From the NCBI GenBank assembly GCA_964016885.1, contig OZ024745.1:45446001-45510000 (forward strand): a DNA stretch of 64,000 bases, in the 5' to 3' direction. Source of the stretch: Eledone cirrhosa. Taxonomy: Eukaryota. Of this stretch, positions 1 through 12,218 are shown in pieces. A program made the translations under genes and the position numbers. The notes beneath the pieces are model-generated. The model was not told the DNA's origin. It searched no databases and was given only the letters and a program-made list of their open reading frames with translations. Every line of letters begins with the position of its first letter. Within the stretch, counting starts at the first letter, position 1.

Positions 1-60
1 ATTTATTTACTTTATTCTTCACTCTGAAGCGGAGATTCATTCGGTTTCCTAGTTAGAATT

Positions 61-330
61 TTAGTCTACGACTTCAGCTATACCATTTACGTGGTTTTGT
101 CTTTGCGTGCAATTGTTCTCCACACTCCACATATGACGTATTATCTTCGTTTTTTCCGTTCATTGCCAGAGAACGTCTCTATGAACCACCTAAGAGAACA
201 TTAGTCTACGACTTCTTTTATACCATAAACGTGGTTCTGTCTTTGCGCGTAATTGTTTTTCATCGCTCCTATTAATGACGTATTATATTCGTTTTTTCCC
301 GTTCTTTGCCAGGGAACGTTTCCACGAACC
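61..330 (+). repeat. Diverged tandem duplication (about 140-bp unit)
   Basis: ttagtctacgacttc...tgacgtattat.ttcgtttttt...gaacgt...gaacca at 61-200 and 201-330. Confidence 0.85.
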
Positions 331-591
331 AAAGTATCGTCTTCCTGTCTTCCTCCGGTTGCAACGTTTTTTGAAATATCGACTTCTGCGTTTACAGATT
401 GACTTTGTTAGTTTCAGAAGATCCCGTTAAGGGTGAAAGCAGCGATTCTTTGCTTAAACTTTAATCTGTTATTTTAATAAATATTTGCTCTACGGTTCTT
501 ATATATTTGATGTATATTTATCCTTATCGAGCCCTCTTTGGATTTTAGTCTTCAAATTTATTATTATTACTATATATATATATATATATAG

Positions 592-816
592 TTAAGGCGC
601 GTGGCTTAGTGGATAGAGAGCTGGGGTTTCCCATCGTGAGGTTGCGAGTTTGATACATGGACCAGGCGATGCGTTATGTCCTCGAGCAAGACACTTTATT
701 TGACGTTGCTCTTTCTGCCAGGAGTTGCGACCGGTAGATAGTACCAGCCATGGAAAAACCAAAGGAAACATTATTTCCTTGGACCGATTTGAGGTCTGGG
801 ATCTTGTCGATCGATT

Positions 817-818
<2 letters not shown>
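592..818 (+). mobile_element. tRNA-derived SINE family 1 (copy on - at about 53275-53518; related heads near 19080-19217, 36585, 45290)
   Basis: A box tggcttagtgg, B-box-like gagtttgatac, core tcc.cgagcaagacacttta. Confidence 0.75.
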
Positions 819-858
<40 letters not shown>

Positions 859-1399
859 GTGTGTATGTGTGTGTGTGTGTGTGTGTGTACATATATATAT
901 ATGCGTGTATGTGTCTAAATAATAAAATAATAACCTCATATATATGCATATAAATGTGGGTATAACCAATCACTTTTGTTTACATGATATTGTCTGCAAT
1001 TTTCTTTATTTACCATAGCTTTAAATTGGAGTACACCGGCGTTAGCTAACTACACGTTCTACTCAGTTGATATAGTAATCAAAGACAAGAACTATATTCG
1101 TGGAATCGAATCTAATATTGAAGGCACAGTAAGTAATATGTTTGACAGAATTCAAAACTTCTTGATTGCATCTAAATATACCATTTTGCTTATTGTATTT
1201 TTCACCACATATTCCTATATCTACAAATAAACACAAAAATCGAAATATATTCATTGATATTCACACCTTAATATATGCGGCGTCTGTTGAAAATGCACGT
1301 GGCATTGAACTAAAACAAACAAAAATACGTACTTGGTAGGGTCCAATTGTTAAACCCTGTGAAATAAGCCTCATTGTGTCGCCACGTTCGTAGCGTAAC

Positions 1400-2130
1400 G
1401 ATACATTAGTCTTGAATGACTCTCGGCGCCACAGTTACACTCTGTATCATGTCCTCTGTCCTCTCTGCTCTCAAAGTGCAAGCTTTTCAGTGACGTGTTT
1501 TTTATTTTTGCTTTGTTTTTGGAAACGACCACAATCAGAAGGAGTAATCTGTGGAGGGTAAGGAGAATGGAGAATGAGCAATGTGCATTTCTTTGCTCTG
1601 AAACCTTGGATCCCCTACACTGACTGAGCCGAGATGCTGTAATGATGCAGCTGCCTGTTTTGCAAGGTATACTCATCCGGTCTCTTGCGCCGAATTTCAC
1701 CACGAAGATGTCGAAGGACTCTCTGCTAGTACTCCTGTCTTACTGATTGTCTTTCTGGTGCGCATTCGTGATGCACAAGAAGACAGGTAACATCACCTTG
1801 ATTGTGTTCCGTACCTGACATACTTCTCTGGGAATTGGGGATGTTGGATGATTCCACTGTGATGACTGAGCCTTGGTTTCCATCATGTCTCTAGTTATCA
1901 TAGTATTCAGGAACTCAGGACCCTTTTTGGCCATATCGGGCGAAAATGGGACGAGTAAGTAGTACAGCACCTCACATCATGGCTGCTTGACAGCGACTGA
2001 CGCATCTATCAAGTTGATCAAAATCCAGGCATGCCCTTGAATGGGTGCTGTTCCATTTTGCACACATCTCATGGGAAAAAGTCGGATAATTCTCCAACAG
2101 AGCTCGTTTTTCGCCACATAAATACAACAT
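1400..2130 (-). mobile_element. Degenerate Tc1/mariner transposase fragment
   Basis: Frameshifted mariner motifs: PEFLNTMIT, ETKAQSSQWNHPTSP, KVMLPVF, VHHECAP, LRGEIRRKRPD, QLHH, PY..., LKSLHFESRED; boundaries approximate. Confidence 0.85.
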
Positions 2131-2835
2131 GTTGATGGTAATATAATGACGCATATAAGGGTAGTGGTTTGGCAGATTTACTAGAGCATCAGATAAATGC
2201 TGTTGTCATGTTTGTTATGGTTCTTTATATTCTGAGTTCAAATACCACCGAGGTCAAATTTGCCTTTTGTCCGTTCGTGGACGATAAAACAAAGTAAGAT
2301 TCAAGTACTGGGGTTAATTTATTCAACTTTGCTCTGCCCACAAATTTGGTGGCCTTGTGCCTAAATTAAAAACCAATATAGTTACGCATATATATTACTA
2401 ATCATAGGAAGGAAAATATCAATATGTCTATATTGCCTAGGATTCTCTTCATTCTATTTTTCTTGTTAAAAAGTATGATTAGTGAGGCTCAATGGTCTCG
2501 CCGAACATAAAAAGCGAAAACAACAGCAACTACACATTTTGATAAATATAAAAGATAACTATTTAATTTTAGTAGTAAATACACATTTTGAAAGAAAGAT
2601 ACGTATATTGATTTTATAAACAGGACATTTTAAGCGGAGAAGGACAAAGTTAATTAAATAAACTGCAGTACTTGATCGGTACTTTATTTTAATTACGGAA
2701 AGGCAAAGTTGACCCTGGCACGATTTGAACTCACACCATACAGAATCAGAGCGAATACAGCATCTTATCTCACGCCATAGCAATCCAGGCACTCTATTAC
2801 CTTTAAGAAAGATACATATATTAATATAAATAATG

Positions 2836-3020
2836 GTTTCTGATTTATGCACGAGTTCAGTCGACTAAATCGACCCCCAGTGCATTATTTTATCGACTCC
2901 CCAAGGACGAAAGGCAAAGCTAACCTTGGCAGGATTTGAACTCATAACGTAAAGGGCCGTAACTCTATGCCGAGAAGCAGCGTGTCGGACGCTCTATCGA
3001 TATTGACAATCCACCGCCCT
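2836..3020 (-). mobile_element. tRNA-derived SINE family 2
   Basis: 19-bp TSD tatattaatataaataatg; aaggcaaag..gatttgaactc signature. Confidence 0.85.
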
Positions 3021-3705
3021 TATATTAATATAAATAATGAACATATAACACAATAATATAGATTTCTAGAGCCTTTGGTGCAAAGGTCTATTTATGCAGT
3101 TATATATCTGAATACAACAGTGATATCATGTAGGTGAAACTGAAATCTACAACGTTTAGCATTACCATTAATGTTATTTACTTTAGCATCAGATGTATAA
3201 TGCTGGATGTTGTTATTTTATTCTTACACACCAATAATCCATTATTCCCTGTAAAACCAAATAAAGAATGTTTTGTGAGGTTGGACTATATTAGAAAGAG
3301 ATAAGGCTAAATAGAAAAACATGACTTGAGAGATTGATGTGTTCCCTGGAATAGTGGAATACTAATCTAATGTATATCACCAACTACTATTAACTAATTC
3401 AACCTAATCACGATTGAATTCCCATCGGTCTTTCTACTTTTAGGAAAGCGAAATATTCTAGTGGGTTTGATAACGCCATAATAGTGAGTATGATATCAAA
3501 TCATCGCTGGCTGGCAAATACTAAATATGGTATCAGTACAATTTATTTAATTTCATGGAATATTGAAACATTGGAGCTAGCTAAAGCAACTTAATCTAAT
3601 AATGTGTAAACCCACCGACTGTATGAAATAAGTATTACTTCAACCAGGCCAATATTTTGTAAAACACTCCATCATATCTGATCTTTATCCATTATTGTAT
3701 AATCC

Positions 3706-3821
3706 ATTCTGAGTTCAAATCCCGCCGAGGTTAACTGTGCCTTTCATCCTTACAGGGTCGATAAAATAAAGTACCAGTAAAGCACTGGGTAATTGCTGGC
3801 CTTGTGCCTAAAGTAGAAACA
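3706..3821 (+). mobile_element. SINE family 2, 5'-truncated
   Basis: 15-bp TSD attattgtataatcc. Confidence 0.85.
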
Positions 3822-4280
3822 ATTATTGTATAATCCTAAATTACTCATAGGATTTAATAAAATGCAAACTCAGCTCCCTTTATTATGTTCTATGTAATAT
3901 AAAGCAAGAGCTGAACCTCATTTATAGAATATCGTGTGAATCTGGAATAGCGTTCGCTTGTTTTTCCTGGCGTTGATCTGATTGAAAACAAATGGTCTGG
4001 ACATGAAGCTATTATGCTGCAACCTATTGATGTAAACGGATTACCTATATTTAGACGGAAAGACGTAATGTGAGAAGGATACAAGGACACAACAGCAGTT
4101 TTGTAAATGAGGTTTCCATATACGAGTCATTAATTTAGCATGTCGATAAATTGCTGTTTCTACGACTGCAACAGCAGTAACGACAATGACAACGTCGATG
4201 ACATCAAGAAAAACAATAGCATCTACTACTACTACTACTACTACTACTACGACTACTGCTACTACTACTACTATGTATAA

Positions 4281-4465
4281 TAATTGTTTCTACTTTTGGC
4301 ACAAGGCCATCAATTACCCAGTACATTACTTGTATTTTATTTTATCGACCCCGTAAGGATGAAAGGCAAAGTTAACCTCGGCGGGATTTGAACTCAGACC
4401 GTAAAGGGACGTAACTATGCTAGAAAGCATGGCGTCCAACCCTCTACCGATACTGCCAATTCACC
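4281..4465 (-). mobile_element. SINE family 2 (other copies at about 2160-2377, 4478-4547, 5189-5378, 15360-15517, 23725-23876, 26555-26730, 28833-28967, 51870-52000)
   Basis: ttgtttctact..ggcacaaggcc..tttatcgaccccgtaaggatgaaaggcaaagttaacctcggcgggatttgaactcag consensus. Confidence 0.85.
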
Positions 4466-6439
4466 AATGCTAATAATAATTGTTTCTACGTTAGGCACAA
4501 GGCCAGCAATTATCCAGTGTATTACTGGTACTTTATTTTATCGACCCAAATGCTATCAAAGCCGGTACAGGTGTTCGTTAGATAACAATAACAGTCCGCC
4601 ATCACATTAAATATACATTCTAAATGAATGTGATAACAGTGACAATAAAATCACCAACAACAGTATTAGTAACAAAACATTCATTTCGCAATTTTTTCAT
4701 TAGATGCAATGATTGCGATTTGTGTGTACGAAAACACACACACACACACATACACACGCATACGCACACGCACACACATGCACATACACGTTTCCTGACC
4801 CCTACGCACACTGCATTCCTCCGTATTCTAGAGCATTACACCACTTAGACATTCCACTTCACCGCCCCCGCCCTTTCAACCCCACATATAACATTGTACC
4901 TTAGTATTCCATGTCTACACATATATGTCATCCTAGCCCTTACTGAAATAATGTCACATCACTTTATATAATTCTATTAAATCTCGATCTAAAATCCGTT
5001 TCTTCTATATCAATTTGATTAGTCTAGGGTGGCCTGCAAACTTCATGGCCACTCAATCTGTATCCTAGACTAAATTATAGAAAGCAAATGTATTGCTCAA
5101 TAACATCAGACCTGTCAACCTCTAAAAATCCAGACGGGGAGTACAATGAAATAAAAGAAATGAGGCAAAATAGGGAGATTTTTTATATAATTGTTTCTAC
5201 TTTTGGCACAAGGCCAGCAATTATCCAGTAGATTACTGGTACTTTATTTTATCGAGCTCGTAAGGATGAAAGGCAAAGTTAACCTCGAATTAACCAGAAT
5301 TTGAACTCAGAATGGCAAGGGCCGTAACTCTATGCGTCAAAGCATGGCGTCCGACCCTCTACCGATACTGCCAATTCATATAATGAAAGCTATATCCATT
5401 TTCACAAGAGAAGAAGATATCTCTCACCCACCCTAAAGACCTCTCCGTCGAACGGGGAGAGTTGATAGGTCTGTAATGCACACGAGTATGCTATTCCAAA
5501 ACCAATGATGCCGGTTCTACTCTAGTTTGACTTACGTGAGTAACCACACGACCTACCCTTAAGTCACAGCTAAAGTACAACCCCAAATTGCACCTAAATC
5601 CAGCCCACATCTTTCTAATTCTAATTTACTACCCATTCCATATTCACTGTATTCAACCTCGAATTCATACCAGCCATAATTACCCCCGTTTCTCTAATTA
5701 TCAAACACAGATACCAATCCCAATATGAAGCGAGAATACGCGCGTACACACACACGCCCCCGCCCCACACACACTCACTCACTCACTCACTCACTCACTC
5801 ACTCACTCACTCACTCACTCACTCACTCACTCACTCACTCACTCACTCACTCACACACACATATGCACACACACTCACACACACAGTCTGAAAACAACAG
5901 GCACGCCTCTACACACATCCACAAACACGAGCGCGCACTCATATGTCCACATATAGACCCTTAAAATATACACCCATACACGCACACATACATACACACA
6001 CACACACACACATACACACATAATCTTAAAACACTCAGACCTGCTTCTACACATTTCCACACACACATATAAACACAGGTCTTAAAAAGCTCATACACGC
6101 ATACACGATCACATACCTAGACACCGATCCTTAATCCCCACCACATATATATTTACATATTCACACATATATGTAAGATCACATTCAGCGTGTGTGTTAG
6201 AAAAATATAGCTGAAATGTAAAAGAAACCGTAGTGAATTCGGACTGACATCAAAGGCTGAAATAACACGGTGTATCTCTAAAATATGTCCTGCTTAATGA
6301 CACCAGCTTGCTGTGTTTGATGTAAATGCATTGGATAGAAAGGAGATGAATTTGTTTTCTTTTGCAAAGAATAGGACAGTTTGTCATGCATTGCATAACA
6401 GGTTTTACTAACAGGTTTTGCCGGTGACTTTCCTCTCTT

Positions 6440-6523
<84 letters not shown>

Positions 6524-6528
6524 AAGGC

Positions 6529-6730
6529 TTAAAAATGGAATGAGAATAAGAAGAAAGCAAGAACGTGGGGTGGCTGGGTGGGTGAGTTTTCCTCATCAGT
6601 TGTCTACTGGGGGGTCTCGAATATTTCAACTATTTAATATCCAAGACCCCCAGTAGACAACTGATGAGGAAAACTGCCCCCCCCCCCTCACACCGTTCTT
6701 GCTTTCTTCTTATTCTCATTCCATTTTTAA
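6529..6730. repeat. Inverted repeat / fold-back (about 200 bp)
   Basis: ttaaaaatggaatgagaataagaagaaagcaagaacg...agttttcctcatcagttgtctactgggggtct mirrored after a short spacer. Confidence 0.9.
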
Positions 6731-6887
6731 ACTACCTTAACTAGCAACTACATAGCCAATCCTATTCTCCATATATATAGATATACAGATATACATACAC
6801 ACATACGTACACACACATACACACACACAGATATATATATATATGTTCATATATTTATATATACATGCATTCACATTGACGTATATC

Positions 6888-6972
6888 TACGAGGGTCGGC
6901 TGAAAAGTTCACAGGCTGACCAAGATATTCTCATGGAATGACCAAATGATGTTTAATTTTCAACATAATCCT
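6888..6972 (+). mobile_element. Mariner-type terminal fragment
   Basis: TA-CGAGGGTCGGCTGAAAAGTT resembles mariner TIRs; no partner end found. Confidence 0.5.
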
Positions 6973-7373
6973 TGAAAAGAGATAAAGCAGTTATTAATAA
7001 GAAGAGTTGAAGTTAATGCATAAGAGATTTCACAACTCTAGCTTCACTCCTTCATAGTCCACCTATATATATATGATAAAGCCATGTCTGTATAAATACT
7101 TTGTTTAGGCATATAAACATGCCAGAAAATACGAATTTCCCTGTAAATTGAAAAAATGATAAACTTCTTTAATCGATTTTCGGATCTAGTTGAACTGTCA
7201 TCAGAAGGCGTGATATCATACAATAAACCACACAAAAACATGTATTTGATGGCTATATATAAGTATTATTCTGAAAAAGATCGTACTAATTTGTATATAA
7301 TTAGCACTTGTGTGGGTAATTAATTAAGATATTTATTGAGGGGTGCGCTAGATATTAGATATGTAGATATATT

Positions 7374-7959
7374 CAGTGGCGGACGGGCCAGGTTGTCAGG
7401 TTGCCCAATGTCAAGTGGTCCCCAGGGGCCCCACGGTAGCGTTGCAAGAGCCCACAGTAGCATTGCAGGGTCCACTGCCAATGCTTTGCTTTCAAAAAAT
7501 ACCTGAAATCTAATAGAAATAATAGCATTTTTGAAAAGATAAATAAAACAATTAAGCAAAGCATTTGGTCGAAGACTTCTGGTCTCCTCGGCCCTAGGGC
7601 TACCTCCCTACTCACCACCATAGGCGCTGAGCTGGCCAGCCGCAGGTGTTAGCCTCGTGAGTTGGAATGGCTCTTCCAGCGCGTCTCCCTTGCCGTCCTC
7701 CGGGGAAACGCCTTCTCCATTCTGTCCTCCGGGGCTATGGGGAGGCCACCAATATGATTGACTGACTTGTCATTTTATCAGTCAACCTGCTATTTGTTTC
7801 AATATATCTATTTGTTTCTTTCTATACTCCCTTCTCGCCTTAATCATTACTAGAAACCAAAATATACGATAGTGCAAATAGCTGGTATCAGTTATTCTAC
7901 TAAATCTAAAGCTTAGTGTATTCATGCATGCAAATATACATATATAGACACAGACACAA

Positions 7960-8004
<45 letters not shown>

Positions 8005-8791
8005 CAATTAAAATCAATTAGTGGTGAAGGTTGTGTTATAAATATCTATATCTATACACACGCACACACACACACACATATATATATATTGAGTGAGTGT
8101 GAAAGACCAAAGGTCTTTATTGAAAGTCTCTAGATTTCGCAAAATACATAATATTTTTTATTGGAGAAGGTAAGATATTTTCCTGCAAAAATTTGAAAAT
8201 TTTGAAAGTAGGTTTATAAGTATGAATTTTCATAAGTTTTTCGTAGTTGTCTCTGTGGCCTAGCGGATGGAGCTCCTGGCCTTGAGTTCAATCCTGGCCT
8301 GATTAAGAAGTACATTTAACTTTTTCAGTTTTTAGTTTAAAACCAATAGAAAAAAATTGAAAAGGTTTACTGGGAACACTATCCCGACCAGGATCGAACT
8401 TTAGACCAAGATCACCACGGTCTATGATTCTCCAGCTAGGCCACAGAGACAGCTACAAAATTATAATGAAAATTGATAATTATAAACCCACTTTCAAAAT
8501 CGAAGTTAAAAATGTGGCGTCGTTCATGGCTTTCCTAGAGCTATTAGTAATATTTAGGGTCAACTTCTAGTCATTATTAAAATTCTCTGGATTTCGCAAA
8601 ATACATGATTTTTTTTATTGGAGAAAGTAAAATATTTTCCCGCAAAAATTTGTTTGCACTGTTTTGTGTCCATTTATGTATTTTTCGAAAATCTTATTTA
8701 TTCATTATAAAAATTAAATGATAGCATTTTATATGTTGGTGGGCACCTTCATCTCCTGGCAACCAACAATTTTAGACCCAGTCCGCCACTG
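7374..8791. mobile_element. Non-autonomous hAT-like DNA transposon (about 1.4 kb)
   Basis: TIRs CAGTGGCGGAC (7374) and GTCCGCCACTG (ends 8791); exact 8-bp TSD GATATATT at 7366-7373 and 8792-8799. Confidence 0.9.
7561..7757 (+). mobile_element. 3' fragment of an RLE-type (CRE-like) non-LTR retrotransposon nested in the hAT
   Basis: Translates to ..TSGLLGPRATSLLTTIG..*PRELEWLFQRVSLAVLRGNAFSIL, the typical C-terminal QRxSLAxxRGNA motif of restriction-like endonuclease elements; GC-rich island. Confidence 0.75.
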
Positions 8792-9495
8792 GATATATTT
8801 ATAAACGTTGGTGAAGTTTGGGTTACATACTCTTGTACTTATACAGATATAACTTTATCATAAATTTCGCCGTGATGTTCCACATAGCATCTAAATGATA
8901 TTGGGGATTTCTTTCAGTTTTATGCCAAAAATGTGGCTCAAATTACTATATATTTGTAGTTCAATTTGAGAGGTTGAGGAAGATCACGAAATTAGACATC
9001 AAAATCTTTGGTAATGTCGCTCCAAAAATCGGAAGCGCCATGGTTCCTTCAGTTTTATGCGGAAAATTTGTCTCAAATTCAAAGCATAATTTGATAGGCT
9101 GATCACGTGATCAGGCACCGAGTTTGGTAGGACTTTCGCCACATAAAACGGGAGTGTCGTGTTTTAGTGAATATGGGAAGTAGCAATTCATGCATGTTTT
9201 TCGCTTGTTGAAGGTATAGTTTTTGTGGCAATCCCCAAAATTCAGAAATTCGGGAATTGTGTTTATATATGTGTGTGACTGTGTGAGTGTGTGAGTGTGT
9301 GAGTATGTGTAGCTAGTTTTTCTGTTTCCTGCTACTTCCAAATAACAATAACAATAACAATAACCACAAATAGTAGTAATAATACTATTTATTACCATTA
9401 ACATCACTATCATAATGACAACTAAAATAATATTGGTCCAATCAGCAAAATAACAAGAATTGTACGTAAATCTACACACACACACACACACACAT

Positions 9496-9623
<128 letters not shown>

Positions 9624-10098
9624 ATATATATATATATATATGCAAATGAATATATATATATATATATACAAATGAATATATGAGAGGTATGAACACTGAT
9701 ACAAGTATACATGTGTTCGCATTGCAAATGGCCAAGTTAGCTAGGTTGAAAATTACTAATTTAAAATAATACGGTTTGCTTGTCTCGATTTAAAATAATA
9801 AATCAATTAAAATTAAAATAACAAACCTATATTGGCAATACCAGTGATACCCGTACAAATATTAAAATTTGTTTCGCAACAATTAAGTGAAAGTTACTAT
9901 TCCTGCGCTCTTCTGCGGGTATCCAGAAATTAGCAAGTTTCACTTCAAAATACTTAAGAAGACTGAGAGAAATGTGTTGTTGAAAACACATGTGTCACAG
10001 CGCCTAACTCGTCCCATACCCGTTGTGTCGTCAAGTATGAAGTTTGTGGTAAGGTATTAACAAACTTACCTTTTTCTACAAATTTCATACTTGACGAC

Positions 10099-10151
<53 letters not shown>

Positions 10152-10191
10152 GATATTAAATAAATGGAAACTATATTTATAAAACCATATT

Positions 10192-10256
10192 TATTTTATT
10201 ATACATATTTCAGGGATACCAAATTAAAATATGGCATGTCTTCGTCAGATAAAATA
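10192..10256 (-). ncRNA. Minimal type I hammerhead motif, family B
   Basis: tattttat-CTGACGA-agacatgcca...tggtatccct-GAAA-T-ATGT-A-TA-ataaaata; 8-bp stem I. Confidence 0.75.
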
Positions 10257-10407
10257 CAATATATAAACAGTTTTATAAATAATTTTGACGTACCCTATTA
10301 GAAGCGACCATTATTTTTGGAGGCTGTCTGGATAGCCAGATAGCCAAAAATAATGGTCGCTTCTAATAGGGTACGTCAAAATTATTTATAAAACTGTTTA
10401 TATATTG

Positions 10408-10472
10408 TATTTTATCTGACGAAGGCATGCCATATTTTAATTTGGTATCCCTGGAATATGTATAATAAAATA
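10408..10472 (+). ncRNA. Hammerhead family B copy with GAAA to GGAA core change
   Basis: Opposite palindrome arm; stem II aggcatgcca/tggtatccct; core mutation probably inactivating. Confidence 0.55.
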
Positions 10473-10717
10473 AATATGGTTTTATAAATATAGTTTCCAT
10501 TTATTTAATATCGTATATCTACTCCAAAAACTTGTCGAGTGCTTTATATCAGTTATAAAATATTTACTTGTTGTATCCCAACAATTTTAAATAAAACTTT
10601 TGCATATATATATATATATACAGTATTTTCCGTAAATATTGCACACAGTAGATGGACAGCTCACGTAGAGTTTGCTCGACGGTTCCAGTTGTAGTTCCAA
10701 AAGTAATCCGGAGAAAA

Positions 10718-11470
10718 ATAGAAGGATTTTAATGGATACAGTTTAGTTAAAAGGAATTTATTGACACGTGTTTCTATAACAGTTACATAACCTGAAAACA
10801 GCTGCTATCGACAGAGTATTAGTTATGCAGACATTCAATATTTCAATGTTATTATCAACTGTCATTTCATCGGAATAATTTTACTGAGGACCTGTTTGGT
10901 TTTTATAGAGAATATTAGGAGGGAGGAGTGAAGTTGTTAGAAGAATAGTTGAGGGAGTGGTTTTTTGATAGCAGTGAGAATTTTTGGTGGCAGTGAGTAA
11001 TTAGATTCCCATCTGTTGTTTTGACATTTTTATAGAATATATTATTGGTTATTTTTCTAAATCTATAGAAGGATTAGAGATAGTATAGATATGCATATCT
11101 ATACTATCTCTAATCCTTCTATAGATTTAGAAAAATAACCAATAATATATTCTATAAAAATGTCAAAACAACAGATGGGAATCTAATTACTCACTGCCAC
11201 CAAAAATTCTCACTGCTATCAAAAAACCACTCCCTCAACTATTCTTCTAACAACTTCACCCCTCCCTCCTAATATTCTCTATAAAAACCAAACAGGTCCT
11301 CCGTAAAATTATTCCGATGAAATGACAGTTGATAATAACATTGAAATATTGAATGTCTGCATAACTTATACTTTGTAGATAGCAGCTAGCACCTGTTTTC
11401 AGGTTATGTAACTGTTATAGAAACACGTGTCAATAAATTCCTTTTAACTAAACTATATCCATTAAAATCC

Positions 11471-11476
<6 letters not shown>
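10718..11476. repeat. Spacerless palindrome (about 380-bp arms)
   Basis: Centre ...agatatg|catatct... at 11093/11094; scattered substitutions and one small indel between arms. Confidence 0.95.
11309..11436 (+). ncRNA. Hammerhead-like motif with long branched stem II (family C); mirrored on - strand in the left palindrome arm
   Basis: ttatt-CCGATGA-(a)atgacagtt...aactgttat(a)-GAAAC-ACGT-GTC-aataa; U4 to C core variant. Confidence 0.55.
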
Positions 11477-11522
<46 letters not shown>

Positions 11523-11637
11523 TTTGAGGGCGGCTGGCTGTGAAGCTAGTTGGTCAGCCTCCTTCTCTGTCTCTGGTTTCTCGGACCCATGGTTTTTCGG
11601 ACCCATGGCTTTTTACATATTCCTTTGTTATATTGCA

Positions 11638-11695
11638 ATACCTGATGATATCACCGGATTCATATGGAACCCGGTCATTGAAATGATCATAGTAT
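11638..11695 (+). ncRNA. Minimal type I hammerhead motif, family E
   Basis: atac-CTGATGA-tatcaccgg...ccggtcatt-GAAA-T-GATC-A-TA-gtat, then AATAAA. Confidence 0.72.
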
Positions 11696-11889
11696 AATAA
11701 ACCTTTCAAGGATTTACACCAGTCCAGCCTCCTGTTATTTAATTCATAATTAATTCCGCATTCGCACCACCAACTACACAAACGAAGATGGGTGAACTGC
11801 ACTGCGTTGAGTACTCTTCACAATATTACACCAGGATTGACCATACGGAATGACCAGTTCTATCCAGTGGTGAACCAACAAACTTTAAG

Positions 11890-11943
<54 letters not shown>

Positions 11944-12085
11944 TCAGGTTTGAGGTTCACCACTGTATAGAGCTGGTCTATTCCGTATGGTCAATCGTAA
12001 TGCAATAATATAGAGAGTACTCAACGTAAAGCAGTTCAACCGTCTTTGTTTTTGTAGTTGGTGGTGCTATTACGGAGTTAAATAT

Positions 12086-12196
12086 TATAATGAAATGACA
12101 GGAGGCTGGATTTGTGTAAATCCTTGAAAGGTTTATTATAGTATAATAAACCTTTCAAGGATTTACACAAATCCAGCCTCCTGTCATTTCATTATA
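12086..12196. repeat. Perfect palindrome, 55-bp arms, 1-nt spacer
   Basis: tataatgaaatg...tttattata-G-tataataaa...catttcattata. Confidence 0.95.
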
Positions 12197-12218
12197 TATA
12201 TATATATATATATATATA

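Larger units (their letters stand above)
10146..10518. repeat. Near-perfect palindrome (about 185-bp arms)
   Basis: Arms are reverse complements with only a few substitutions; centre ggctgtctgg-atag-ccagatagcc. Confidence 0.95.

Noticed and set aside
3950-4075. Short open frame (VFPGVDLIENKW...) as an upstream Ret exon
   Set aside because: In-frame stop just upstream, no good acceptor, no cadherin motif
6661-6680. CTGATGA core in the 6529-6730 hairpin as a hammerhead
   Set aside because: No stem II, stem III or stem I partner could be formed
9955-10005. gaaaacacatgtgtc as a hammerhead 3' half
   Set aside because: No CTGANGA core or convincing stems upstream
10146-11476. Idea that palindrome mismatches are biased toward G-U pairs on the Ret sense strand
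   Set aside because: Holds for three sites in the first palindrome, but the larger one contains C-A mismatches; sample too small
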